From Blastocladiella emersonii ATCC 22665 (lineage: Eukaryota; Fungi; Blastocladiomycota): DNA of 64,000 nucleotides. A program made the translations under genes and the position numbers. Shown one piece after another: positions 21,631 through 32,906 of the stretch. The notes under the pieces are model-generated. The model did no database searches. It worked only from the letters and a program-made list of their open reading frames with translations, and was not told the DNA's origin. Positions within the stretch are counted from its first letter, which is position 1. Each line of letters opens with the position of its first letter. The stretch is taken from assembly GCA_025594325.1 (NCBI GenBank), contig JANHCV010000009.1, positions 682,001-746,000 of the forward strand. The letters are read 5' to 3'.

Positions 21631-24600
21631 ATGACCGTGAAGCTACCTGATGCTACTATGCCGCCGCGGCCCCGAATCGGGTGTCTGATCCGGCTCGCTT
21701 GCGAGAACAACGACGACGCGCCGCTCGATCCCTTCCGCGGCACTTACTCGCGCGACGTCTTTCTCTACCACGACGCCAGCGAGCCGGGTCGTCACCTTGA
21801 CGCCCTGCTTTTGGGGTTCCATGACCTGCGCAACGTCGCGCAGACCATGGCTGACGCCCAGCGCAAGGGCTCGGCCGCCACCATGAAATTCTTGCTCAAC
21901 AATGTCCGCCCCGAAATTGTTGCTCGTTCGCTCTCGATCATGCACGCGCTTTGCAGCAAGCTCGAGGCCAAGCTTACCTTCGTCGCGCAGCTCTGGTTCT
22001 CCGCGCGACTCGAGCCCGCCGCTCGCGCTTTCTGGATCGAGCAGATGCACGAGTGCCTTGACCGCAACTGGCTCGACTTGGCCTCCCCAATCCGCGTCTT
22101 GGACGAGGCGACGCTTGTGGCGGTTCGTCGCTGCTGGCGCGCGTGAATTCAGCACGCGACTAACCTCACGTCATCCGAAGTGTCCCCGGCTTCTCCCGAC
22201 GCGCTTGTTCATGCACGTCAGCAATTTGCGGGAGCCGTGTTCTGGGGCTACGAGCGCCACCTGAGCCCGGCCGCCGAAGGCCGGCTGCGCACCGCCATCG
22301 ACCGCCACCTCGACGAGCAGACGTTCTTCCTTGGTTTGGACGACAAGCTTGACTGCTCTCCTACCAACTGCCCGACCAACCTGACCTTTTTTGGCGTCCG
22401 AGCTGACGGAACCACGATGCCGCTCGCCGACCCGCTCTCGTCTCCGCTGAAGGGCATCTGCGTCCCCGCGGATGCCGGCGCGAGTCTCGAACGCTTGATG
22501 CTCGACCAGGTACGCGACTGGCTCGGCGCGCTTCGCGACGCCTTCCACGCGGATCGCCCGTCGGGCGAGCCGTACCACACTCTCACCTTCGCCGTCGACG
22601 ACGCCGTCCTGCTTCTCGAGCGGCTAGTCGCCGATCCGGCGCGCCGCTTCGACGTGATCGACACGTCCTCTCTCATGGACACGTGCGGTCTGCTCAACCT
22701 TGTCGTGCACGGCGCCGCGACGCTCAAGCTCAACTCGACCACGGCCTCTGATCGCTCGATTCTGCACGCATCCTCGGGCACGATCAACAGGAAGGAATGC
22801 TAACCTATGCGTTTTGCTGAGGCGCTCCTGATTGCCCTTCCTTGAATGTACCCGTACCTCTTCGGCGTCGTCCTTCGCGAGACGCCTGGCCCGGACGATT
22901 GGCAGAGTGTAGTTGGGCAGCATTCGTACCACCGCTATGACGTCCCAGGCACTTGTGTCCCCCTCCACACGTCCTTCACCTTTGTCAAGACCGAAGCTCC
23001 CGCTGTGCCCATGGCGCTGGACGAATACGGGAAAAGTTCCATGTTGCGTATTCTTGGCGACCTACTTGATCTCTATGTTGCGAAACCCAATCCTCTTGTT
23101 GAGCTGCCGGGTACGAAACGTTCGCTATTTTTGACGTGAACGAGCTCTAACATGATCCATCACAAAAGCGTAGCATCGGCTTTCCCTACTCTCGCCCACA
23201 TCCCGATCATGCTCGCGTACGCTCAGGCTGCAGGCCGAATCACCGGCCCTGGTATGTCGTCGTGCTCGACTCTTCCGCTTCCGCTTATCGCCGACGGCAT
23301 GCTCCTTGCGCTCCGCGACAAGTTCCAACACCAGTGGTCGGAGCTTGGGATCTACACGCAGCTGTACGGCTTTTCGATGGACGCACTTTCCAAACCAGCG
23401 CGTAGTTTGGCAGCTGCTGACCCCAAGACCAAGAACGAGCCGAGCGGTCGTCGTTCCGGCGCGGAAACTGCTTCCCCCGCCTACGTATACCGACTTGACG
23501 CGTCGTTCGCGGTTCGAGCCGGCGAGCTGCGCCCGTCCTTGTACGCGCTGCTTCTTGCAATCAAACGCGGACCGGAAGCAAAGCTTCACGAGTTCTCGTC
23601 GCTTCACGCGACTCATGTTTCGGCCAACGTCTCCTTCACTGTCTTGGTGCACGTGCCGCCTGCCATTGTTGAAGATGGCCAGAAGACCGTTCTCTCGCTT
23701 CTCGCAAACCACACAGCAGCAGCGGGAGCGCACGAACTGGCGAGTCGATCGCGCTCGCCAGGGATCCCATTGCGGAGTCAGAGCTTGATATCAACGATGT
23801 CAATTTTGTGACGGTGACCAAGGTTGGCGTTAGCGAACTCCTCGGTCCGATCCGCGGCGCACTTGATTTTGTCGCTGCAATGCTGCGCCTTCCGTCGGTA
23901 GCTATTTGCCAGTTCTCAGCGTCGTCGAGACGGGTATTCTGACTTGGAAGATTGTGCTCGAGATTCCTCGCTTCTATTATGCTCCGAAAATCGTCGCTGC
24001 GCCTGCGGCCACTTCGGTCGGTTGTCGCGGCGCAGTTGCTTTCTACCTCGACGGTGCGCTTCAAACGGTGCTCACGGCGCATCCGGGCCGCTTTTCCAGC
24101 TTCTTTATCGACAAGAATCTGCGCCGCGTCACCATTGAAGCCAATGGCATGGAGGCCGGCATCTCGCCCTCATTTGGTATACCGCCTTTGGTTCCGCGTA
24201 TCAGCCTTGAATCGTCGCTGCCCCAGTCGCCGCTCCTGCTGTTCTCTGCACAGATAACCCTTCAGGCTATGTTTGCAAACGATTATCGCTCACCAGTCAG
24301 CCGAATACCTCAAATCACGCCGCTCCCTCGTCCCGGGCAGCCGAAGTCTCTTTGGCTCGGTCCTGGACTCAAGCGCATGACGCGGAACCTTCTCGAGTTT
24401 TGGAATCCCGCGGACCAACGATGCTTCATTGTCGTGGGAACCCCCTCGCGCTGGGCGACAGCGGCCATCTTCCCGCGCGCGCTGCGCGTCCTTCCGCCGC
24501 ACGACAAGGCGTTTGCCCCGACACCAGCTCTTGAGGCCGATCTCCTGTACATTCCCTCCCAGTTTCGGGACGCTGCAGATTGGCCTGTGCTCGGGCCTGC

Positions 24601-24865
24601 GTGTCCTTATGACCTCACTTTTCCGGACGCTTTCACAGGCGCCGTTCGCGAGTATCTTGACTTGAGCTGCAGCATGCTTACGTCGGCCGCACCTCCGGCC
24701 CCTTGCTTTGACCCATCAATTATTCCACAGCTTTCAGAGTTGTCTCCGAAGTGCAAGGAGACGCTGCTCGCGATTCTCGCGGCAGGCGTTCAGCCGAAGC
24801 GGGCCCTAATGCTGCCGTTATTCCCGGGATTCGGCCTTGATCACACGTATGGCAATGGCAAGTAG
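21631..24865 (+). pseudogene. DUF4470-family gene, disrupted
   Basis: LLLGFHDLRNV..FLLNNVRPEIVARS and RFDVIDTSSLMD..GLLNL match DUF4470 proteins. Four consecutive track ORFs share one frame, split by stops at 22144, 22801, 22843 and 23137; frameshift(s) follow at about 23760-23910. Confidence 0.8.
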
Positions 24866-25156
24866 TGCTTGGGGTTGTGCCTGATACGACTGGAGCCCTT
24901 GTTTGAGTTAAATAGATAATAGAACTTAATTTTGTTTCCTCGATGATAGCCGTGTGCATGCTGACGCGAAACGAAAGCAAGTGCGGCTTATTCTCGCGAA
25001 ACACTTCTTGAGCGCGCTTGTGTTCAACAACCGATGTGATATACGCTCGCGGGGCTGGTATCGCGCTTTCGACGCATGTGCGTGTGCGTGAAGCAGTAAT
25101 TTAGCGCTTGAAGAGAGCGAACGCATTTAGCACGCAAGTCCGGCGCGAGACAGTTA

Positions 25157-25180
25157 GAGACGCGTTGCGATATCATGTGA
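25157..25180 (+). promoter_or_regulatory. Composite upstream motif GASACGCG-N4-GATATCA-N2-TGA (copy 1)
   Basis: gagacgcgttgcgatatcatgtga, about 125 nt upstream of the LRR gene ATG; same spacing at 45664 and 47647. Confidence 0.55.
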
Positions 25181-25303
25181 GCGTCTCGTGGCGTGGCTGA
25201 GCATCTTTTCGCCCGCGCTCTCGCCGCCTCGAGCGACGCCGTCCCGACCCGAGTTCCCTCCTCCCCCACTCAACCGACGCACCGCGGTCGCCACGTAAAC
25301 TCC

Positions 25304-26857
25304 ATGCAAAAGCTCGAGACGCTCAACATCCCCGAGGTGATCCACCGCGTTTTATGTTATGCCGTGGGCGTGTACGACGACCCGGACGACTTGACCGGCC
25401 TGCTGCAGTACTCGCGCGTGATGCTGCAGCGGCTAATCCCGGGCGTGCAGCGCGCTATCCTTCGCCGCTGTCCACGACTCTCCTTGTCCGAGGCGACCGC
25501 GCAGGGCGACATCCCACTTCTCGGCAAGTGGGCGTCGCTTGGACTCCCGCTTGAGTGCCCCTACGACGCGCTCGAACTGGCTTACCACAACAGCGATCTT
25601 TTAACTTTGGAGTGGTGGCGCGACTCGGGTGCGCTTAACGAAGCCGAGGTCCTCGAGTTTCTCTACGCCCAACACGGGGCTAGCGCCGACTTTTACGTTG
25701 CGCTCGGCCTCCGCCCTTCCCGAAGTACCGAATCGAACTCGAACGCCTCGCGCACAATTCAAGTCGATGCAGACACGATTGCCGCGTGCCTGGACGTTGC
25801 TTCCGGTCGCACTCGCGAACTGCGGCTGCACGGCCACGCCGTATCTCTTGCAGGGGTCTCTGCCCTCAACGCCGCCATGGCGAGCCCGGAACAAGCACTC
25901 GATTTTCTTGAACTTTGTGCCAGCACGTTTGATCTCCCGCGCCTGCTTGCCCTCGAGCTCCCCGCTTCCATGAAGCGGTTGTCACTCAAGCACCTGTGGG
26001 TCGGCATTTCCGATCCCGCCGTGCTCGCTCGTTCCATCGCTTGGCCTTCAGGTCTCGAACTCTTTTCGCTCGCCGACACTCAGCTTCCCGTCGAGGCAGT
26101 ATCCTGCTTGTTTGGTCAACTCCCAGCGAACCTACGCGACTGCGTGCTTTCCGGTACTTCGCTTGACACTAATGCAGCCGTGGAGCTTGTTCGCTCACTT
26201 CCCGCCAATCTCTGCTCGCTCTCCTTGATGAAAAACCCAATGAGCGGGCCTGACTTTGCCAGCATCGGGCAATTTCTCCCCGTCAACCTCAAGCACCTCC
26301 TCCTCCTACAAACCGATCTGTGCGACATAGACCCAGACACGGATGTATTGTTTCTTCCCCCCGGGCTCGTTAACTTGACCCTGATTGCCAGTCAAGTGGA
26401 CGATTCTGCAAGTGTCATATTGGCAGCCGCGCTCCCAGCTACGCAGATCAAGCGGCTCAACTTTTTTGATGTCCAAATGTCCACGGCCGGCCTCGCGCTC
26501 ATGTTCCTCTCGTTCCCCGCGACGCTTGACATGCTTTCGATCTCTCATTACTCGCTTGGGGCCAATGGGGCCATGAAACTGAGCGAGTCCATGCCAGTCG
26601 GTCTAACAATGCTCGGGCTCGAGGCTACGGGCTTGAATGACGAAGCGGTGTCTTACTTGGCACCACGGCTGCCCTCGACCCTGGTCAAGCTCAAACTTGC
26701 CAACAACATGATCACGGACGTCGGCGCCGCGACTCTTGCTGCGCACCTTCCGGCGGGCCTCGAGACGTTGGAGCTGCGGGATAACCAGGTTGGACCAGTC
26801 GGCGAAGCCGCGATTCGCGCTGCCGCGACCACGGCCTTGATGCAGCTCTTAATTTGA
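25304..26857 (+). CDS. RNI-like LRR protein, paralog of 8034-9761
   Basis: Likely start MQKLETLNIPEV at 25304; same N-terminal block and LRRs (LANNMITDVGAATLAAHLP). Intronless, many T-ending codons. Confidence 0.8.
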   Translation: MQKLETLNIPEVIHRVLCYAVGVYDDPDDLTGLLQYSRVMLQRLIPGVQRAILRRCPRLSLSEATAQGDIPLLGKWASLGLPLECPYDALELAYHNSDLLTLEWWRDSGALNEAEVLEFLYAQHGASADFYVALGLRPSRSTESNSNASRTIQVDADTIAACLDVASGRTRELRLHGHAVSLAGVSALNAAMASPEQALDFLELCASTFDLPRLLALELPASMKRLSLKHLWVGISDPAVLARSIAWPSGLELFSLADTQLPVEAVSCLFGQLPANLRDCVLSGTSLDTNAAVELVRSLPANLCSLSLMKNPMSGPDFASIGQFLPVNLKHLLLLQTDLCDIDPDTDVLFLPPGLVNLTLIASQVDDSASVILAAALPATQIKRLNFFDVQMSTAGLALMFLSFPATLDMLSISHYSLGANGAMKLSESMPVGLTMLGLEATGLNDEAVSYLAPRLPSTLVKLKLANNMITDVGAATLAAHLPAGLETLELRDNQVGPVGEAAIRAAATTALMQLLI

Positions 26858-27055
26858 GCACCTTTTGACATGCACCCATTCCTTGTGCACTTCCCTTGCA
26901 CACCCTGTCCTCGCGGCGCACATCGACGAGAAGTACCTCGAGCTCGTTGCCGGGGCGAGCCTCATAGACCCGTTCCATTACAATACAATCGCGCTTGCCA
27001 TTTGACCCCTGGCGCAAAACCGTGATTGAGATCTATTGTAAAAATGGGCAACGTG

Positions 27056-27976
27056 TTATGGCGGCAACGGCCGGTGCGGTCCAACGAGCCGGAACCTTCG
27101 CCGCTCAATGACCGCGTCGATGAAGCGGTTGAGCCACGCGTACGCGGGCACGAGGGCGACAGCGAGCACGGCCACGGCAAACGTCCCAACCGTTGGCGAG
27201 TACGCTGGCACAACCGCCCCGTTCGCCGCCGCGGATCCCGGCCGAATCGTCACGGTCGTGTTCTCCTCGTCCACCGGCGCGAGGGTGGGCGGGACGTACG
27301 GGTTCCCGTTCCACCCAGTCTGCTGCCCACCACCCACACGCTCGTCGGCGCTCTGGCCGAGCGTGAGGACCGACGCCGCGGCCCAGCCGGACCCGAGCAG
27401 CCCGCCGTCAATCCCGAGCGCGGTCGCCATAGCACCCGTCACGCCGCACGCGATAGCGAGGATGACGTCGCGGTCGATTCGGACGCGGTCCGCGAGCCGC
27501 GCGCCGTCGAGGGCATGGAGCGCGAGCGCGCCGCACACGAGCCCCGCGAGCTCGGCGGCGCGCTGCGCCTCGAGCGGGATCCACGTCGACGGGACGAGGA
27601 GCAGGAGCCACACGGCGGCGGCGTACCCGCTGCTTGCGGTCGCGGCGAAGGCGCCGACGGTCGGGAACATGGTGAGCGTGATGGCGGTGCCGAGGGTGAC
27701 GGCCGAGAGCGCGAGGGTGAGGGTGGCGGGGGACCGGCCGAGCGCCGGGACCGTGGCGGCGGCGCGGATGAGGGTGGAGAGCGCGATGTGCAGGACGAGC
27801 AGCGACGAGCCGAGGAAGATAGTCACGCGCTTGTATCGCGGGCCCGCGACGGCGAGGAGGGTGCCGACGAGCGGGAGGAGGACGGGCGCGACCCAGGCGG
27901 CGGCGGGGTCGGGCCACGGGAGGCGTGGTGGTAAGGGCTCAAGCTGGCCCTTGGGCATGTCCATGACGTCTGACAT
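27056..27976 (-). CDS. Multi-pass membrane protein, DUF4203 (TM7S3/TMEM198-like)
   Basis: About 6-7 hydrophobic segments; G.RYKRVTIFLG and GVTGAMATALGIDG patterns; likely start MSDVMD at 27976. Confidence 0.55.
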   Translation of the reverse strand: MSDVMDMPKGQLEPLPPRLPWPDPAAAWVAPVLLPLVGTLLAVAGPRYKRVTIFLGSSLLVLHIALSTLIRAAATVPALGRSPATLTLALSAVTLGTAITLTMFPTVGAFAATASSGYAAAVWLLLLVPSTWIPLEAQRAAELAGLVCGALALHALDGARLADRVRIDRDVILAIACGVTGAMATALGIDGGLLGSGWAAASVLTLGQSADERVGGGQQTGWNGNPYVPPTLAPVDEENTTVTIRPGSAAANGAVVPAYSPTVGTFAVAVLAVALVPAYAWLNRFIDAVIERRRFRLVGPHRPLPP

Positions 27977-28941
27977 GATTGCATGCTGCGCTTCATTGAC
28001 AAGTTCGTGAGGGGAGAGTGAGGGCGAATTCGAGCTGACGCGCTTCTCGGCAAGCACGCGCAGCTGTGCGGTGGTGGCGACGTGGCTGAAGCAGGCACCT
28101 CGTGGCCTCAGGGATCGGCGATGGCTGCTGGCCGCTGGGGCCGACCGCCCACCTGACCACCAATAATCACGTTCGACCTGATAGTCGTGGATACGCGAGC
28201 GAGTCCCGAAAGGATCGGATATCTCGGTTACAGGCACGACCGGATATTGGTTGTTATTTAGGGCCATATCCGGTCCTTGAGGTTATCCATCAGCTCAGGT
28301 CAGCGCGCAGGTCTGCGCGGTTACAGAAAGGCAAGCTCATTGCGTGCCATCAGCTCGGGAGACGTTTTCTCAGCCAGTTGAAAGGGCAATTGAGCACGCG
28401 TGAGAGCCGCGGCGCCGCGCCGCGTCGCGTCTCGCACGGAGACACGGCGGTCGCGTGATAAACGCGTGACGCGCGGGCACGCGACGCGTTCTGGTTCTCC
28501 CACCCCGCTCTGTCTCCCGCCCACCCGAACGCACACAGGCGCGCAATAATCTTTTTGAGTTTTGCTGCCGGGGTGCGTGCTCCAGATGCGTAGCGGGCAG
28601 GAGGTGCGCCGAGCCTATCGGGCGCGCGCGAGCCGCGGGGGAGATACCCGGTTGCGGGTGTTCCCCCGCGCGACACGCCCGCCGCGCGCCCACGCTCTCC
28701 CCTCGCTGCGAGAGGCGGGACGAATCGCGCTGAACCGTGGAACGAGCTGACACGCGCCGCCGCGATCCAACCTTGCACACCCTCCTTTCGTATAGACATA
28801 CATCGCGTGCACTCGCTCGCTCCGTCACTACTCTCCGATCCACTTTGCTCTACCTGCATCCCCGTCGCTGCTGCTGATCCGCACCCGCACACACTCGCAA
28901 CCGACTGTTGCACCCCCCCCCCCCACCCCACTCTCCCCAAG

Positions 28942-31487
28942 ATGTCGGCCGAGGTGTCGCACACGCCGACGGGCATCCCGACCATCATGTCGGGCTCGCG
29001 TATCAACCTCAACAGCAACTCGCAGCCGGGGTCCAAGCTGGCGACGCCGGCCGGGTCGAACCTGGCGCTGCACGCGCTGGGCGGGCACGCGACGGGTCCG
29101 CTGACGGCGGGCACGAACGCGCGCGTGGTGCGCGACGAGACCATCTCCAAGTTCCTGCGCGAGCACCGGTCGTCCAACGAGCACCGGCTCACGCTGCAGG
29201 CGCGCGTCAAGGACTTCAACCAGGAGGCGGCCAACATCCGCGAGGCGTCGCTGCTCGAGGCACGCAACCTGTACAACACGCAGCTCGTGCAGCAACGCCT
29301 GAACGATGGGTGGCAGCGCGACCTGGTACGTCTTTCTCAACTACTCCCTTTCCTCGCGTGATCATCGCTGACCACCACCCAACGCGTTTGTGTGTGTAGT
29401 CGACGGCGCTCCTCCAGTCGGAGCAGACCAAGGTCCGCCTGTCGGTGCTCATGGACAAGAACCTGCGCCTGCGCCAGAAGATGATCCAGCAAGAGGAGGC
29501 GCGCGAGCGCGAGGTGTCGTTCCGCGCCAAGATGCGCCAGAAGCGCGACGCGTTCCAGACCCTCATCAAGGAGCTCGAGGTGCGCCAGGTCCAGGAGCGG
29601 TACGTCTTCAGCTCGGCGACGGCTACGGACGGGCACTGACCCGTCCGTCCATCGACTGTAGCCTCGACCTCGTGGTCTCGCAGCGGCGTATCGCCAAGAA
29701 CCTGACGCTGGTGCAGGAGCTCGAGATGCGCGGCATGGACGAGGTCGCCCGCCGGCGCCGCGCCAACGAGAACGAGATCTATGCGCAGCAGCTGCGGATG
29801 CGGCAGCAGAAGGAGGGCGAGCAGCTGCGCGAGCTGCAGCTGATCAAGATCAAGCACATGACGGAGATGCTGAACCGCGACATCGAGGACCAGACGTCGC
29901 TCGAGAACCTTCTGGCCGAGCAGCGCGAGCGCGAGCAGTCGCTCGAGGTGATGCACCTGCTCGAGACGCAGTCGGCGCAGACGGACGTGGACAACACGCA
30001 GGCCGGGATCAAGGCCAACCACCTGCGCGAGCGCCAGAAGCAGCAGCGCACGCTGCTCCAGTCGCAGCAGCGCCGCATGGCCGCGATCCTGCTCAAGCAG
30101 CAGCGCCACTCGGCACGCCTCCGCGAGCGCACCATGCTCGCCGAGGACGCGCTCCTGTCGTCGTCGGTCGACGCCGAGGGCGAGGGGTCCGACGATAACT
30201 CGTCCGAGGGCTGGTCCGAGGCCACGGGCAGCGAGCCCGGCACCGACGGCGACCAGGACGGGTTCCTCCCCGGCGAGGACCCGGCGCACGGCCAGCCGCC
30301 GTCGGGCGGCCATGCGGCCGACGGACCCGCGCGCCGCAAGAAGACCGAGGTCAACGCCGTCGACCTGCTCGACACCCAGGAGGCCGAGATCATCGAGCAG
30401 CTCGAGAAGGGCCGCGAGCGCATCAAGATGCTCAACCGCCAGCAGCGCGAGAACGCGAGCAGCACGCGCCAGCAGCAGAAGGACCAGCTGCGCATGCTCC
30501 AGACGGTACGGTCTTTGACGACGCGTGCGACGACCAACGCGCGGATACTGACACTACATCCACCTTGCGCGCGAGTAGGAGCAGAAGCGCAAGCTCGGCG
30601 ACCTGATCCGCGACCAGGAGGAGGAGCTGCGCCAGATCAAGACGGACCACGCGGCCGAGATGGAGGAGATGATGAGCGCGCTGACGCGCGCCGATATCGT
30701 CGAGTCGCAGAAGCGGCAGATGAACAAGAAGTTCGACACCGACTCGTCCAACGGGCTGCTGGGCCAGATGCTGCCGCAGTACGTGACGGACGAGCTCAAG
30801 GCGGGCAAGATGCCCGAGCCCAAGTCGTTCGACTGCGTGTCGCTGGCCTTCATCGACATCTGCGGGTTCAAGCAGATTGCCAACACGTCGGGTACGGGCA
30901 AGAAGATTGTGCGTCTGCTGGACAGCCTGTACAAGTGCTTCGACTCGATCCTGGCCGCGTACCCGACCCTGTACAAGGTCGAGACGGTCCTCGACACGTA
31001 CATGATCGCGTCGGGCCTGCTCAACACCAAGGACGGCGAGCCGACGGCCGAGGACCACGCGCAGTACGCGCGCGACCTGCTCAACTTCTCCATGGACGCC
31101 ATGGACGCGGTGCGCGAGATCGACACGTCCGAGATCCACCTCGAGACGCTGCCGCTGCGCATCGGGCTCAACTCGGGCCCCGTCATGGCGGGGGTCGTCG
31201 GCAACAAGATGATCCGGTTCTGCCTGTTCGGCGACACGGTCAACGTCGCCAGCCGCATGTGCTCGACGGGCACCGCCTTCAAGGTCCAGACGTCGCCCAG
31301 CTTCCGCGCCCTGCTCGTCGACGACCCGTCGTACGTGTTCGTCGAGCGCGGCGTCATCCCCATCAAGGGCAAGGGCGACATGGCCACGTTCACGGTCGAC
31401 TTCCAGCAGAGCGACGAGTCCGAGGACGAGGGCGCCGGTACACCCGTCAAGGGCGGCTCGACGATGCGCCTCAACGAGTCGTCGTGA
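28942..31487 (+). CDS. Soluble class III nucleotide cyclase (guanylyl-type) with long N-terminal coiled coil
   Basis: Exons 28942-29325, 29400-29599, 29662-30505 and 30579-31487 (778 aa). FIDICGF, YKVETVLDTY, RFCLFGDTVNVASRM; the E and C specificity residues indicate GTP. No TM segment seen. Confidence 0.9.
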
Positions 31488-31703
31488 GGGCTCTCGGCTA
31501 GCCCAAGTGTGTGATTTGCGACCATCCGTTGCGTTTTTCCTTCCCGTAGCTCTAGTGTTGTTATCATCCCCTCCAACATCATTGCCCCTCCCTCGTCGAT
31601 TTTGCTTGCACCTGGTCCCTCAAGCCGTTACCCCTCCTTCCCCTCTGATATACATGCACTACTGTAACCTTGCTGTATCACTTGATTCCCAATCAATCGT
31701 TTT

Positions 31704-32906
31704 CTACGCCGAGGACGCGGCAACGCGCTGATGCTGCTGGTCCTCGAGCAGCGCGACGCGCTCGGCCGTGAACCGGCGGCCGGCGTTGCCCGAGGGCATG
31801 TAGGCGGCGAGCAGTGGGTCCCAGCGGCGGTGGGCGAGGTCGTTGGCGCGGGTCAGGATGGCCAGCGCGTCGAGCTCGACGCCCAGCTTGCGCGCGGCGC
31901 GCTCGCGCAGCCTGGCGTGCAGCTCGGCGGCCGCGTTCTCGTACGTGTACTCGCGGCGGAGGACGGCGTAGAACGCCGAGCCTGGGCGGGTAGCGGGTGG
32001 TTAGTAAGGCGTTTGGGCGAGGAGGCGGAGGAAGGGAGGAGCGTACCCATGATCATGGTGCCGAGGCCGAGCAGGTACGACGTCGGTTCCATGAGATCCT
32101 AGGCAAGAAATCTGCGTCAAAACCGAGCAGCTCATATCACCAGCGAAAAAACACACCCATCCGAGCTCGTACGTCAAGAACACGATCGCGCCGAGCTCCG
32201 AGACGAGGAACCCCGCTCCGCCGTACAAAATCCACCGCAACCGCGTCTCAGCGCGCTTATGCACCGCATCGAGCGCCGCACGCGCCACGGGGATCCGCTG
32301 GTCGTGCTCCGCCAGCGCGTCGCGCACGGTGCGCAGATCCGCGACCAGGTCGGCCGCGTCGAACGTGTGCGGAACGCCGTGCACCCACACCACGGCGTTG
32401 GCGCGCACCAGCTGCGCGAGCGACATCCCGTCGAGCGTCGCGTCGTCCAGCACCGCGTCCGTGTACCCGCGCGTGATGTAGACGCGCGGCGGGGACCGCC
32501 CAGCCCCGTCGGCGACCGCGGCCTCGGGCGTCGCCACGTACTCGGCGCGCAGGTTGTTGAGCACGTCGAGCGCGGTCGTCTGCATCGGGCTGACGTGCTG
32601 CACGAACGCGGCGGTCGTGGCGCGAGGGGAGGAGGTCGGGTCGGGCAGGCTCAGCGCGAGCGTCGGGACCGTCGGGTGCGCGGGCGCGTCGGGCCGCTTG
32701 GCGATGGCGGAAGCCGCGGCGGCCACGGGCGCGCGCACGTCCGACGCCCGCGTCAGCGTCACGGCGATGTGCCGGTGCAGCGACGCCAGCTTCGCGGGGC
32801 CGTGCTCGTTGGCGCCGTGCAGGTGGATCCACCGCGGGCTCGCGCGCGCCGCGGAGGCGAAGGCGGGCGTTGGTCTCACGCGGCGGGCGAGGGCGGCAGT
32901 ATACAT
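31704..32906 (-). CDS. MCU: Mitochondrial calcium uniporter pore subunit
   Basis: Exons 32157-32906, 32047-32098 and 31704-31981 (359 aa). Splicing creates TYELGW|DLMEPTSY (W-D-x-x-E-P filter) between two TM helices; mitochondrial-presequence-like N-terminus. Confidence 0.9.

Noticed and set aside
22143-22180. Apparent 38-nt GT..CTAAC..AG intron removing the first DUF4470 stop
   Set aside because: Splicing it shifts the frame away from the homologous downstream sequence; the two ORFs are already in frame without it.
22144-23139. A-to-I editing or recoding rescue of the in-frame stops in the DUF4470 gene
   Set aside because: Not supportable from DNA; downstream frameshift(s) would still break the protein, so pseudogenisation is simpler.
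28942-31487. Possible rhodopsin-guanylyl cyclase (CyclOp/BeGC1-type)
   Set aside because: No 7-8 TM rhodopsin segment in the spliced model; the N-terminus is hydrophilic coiled coil.
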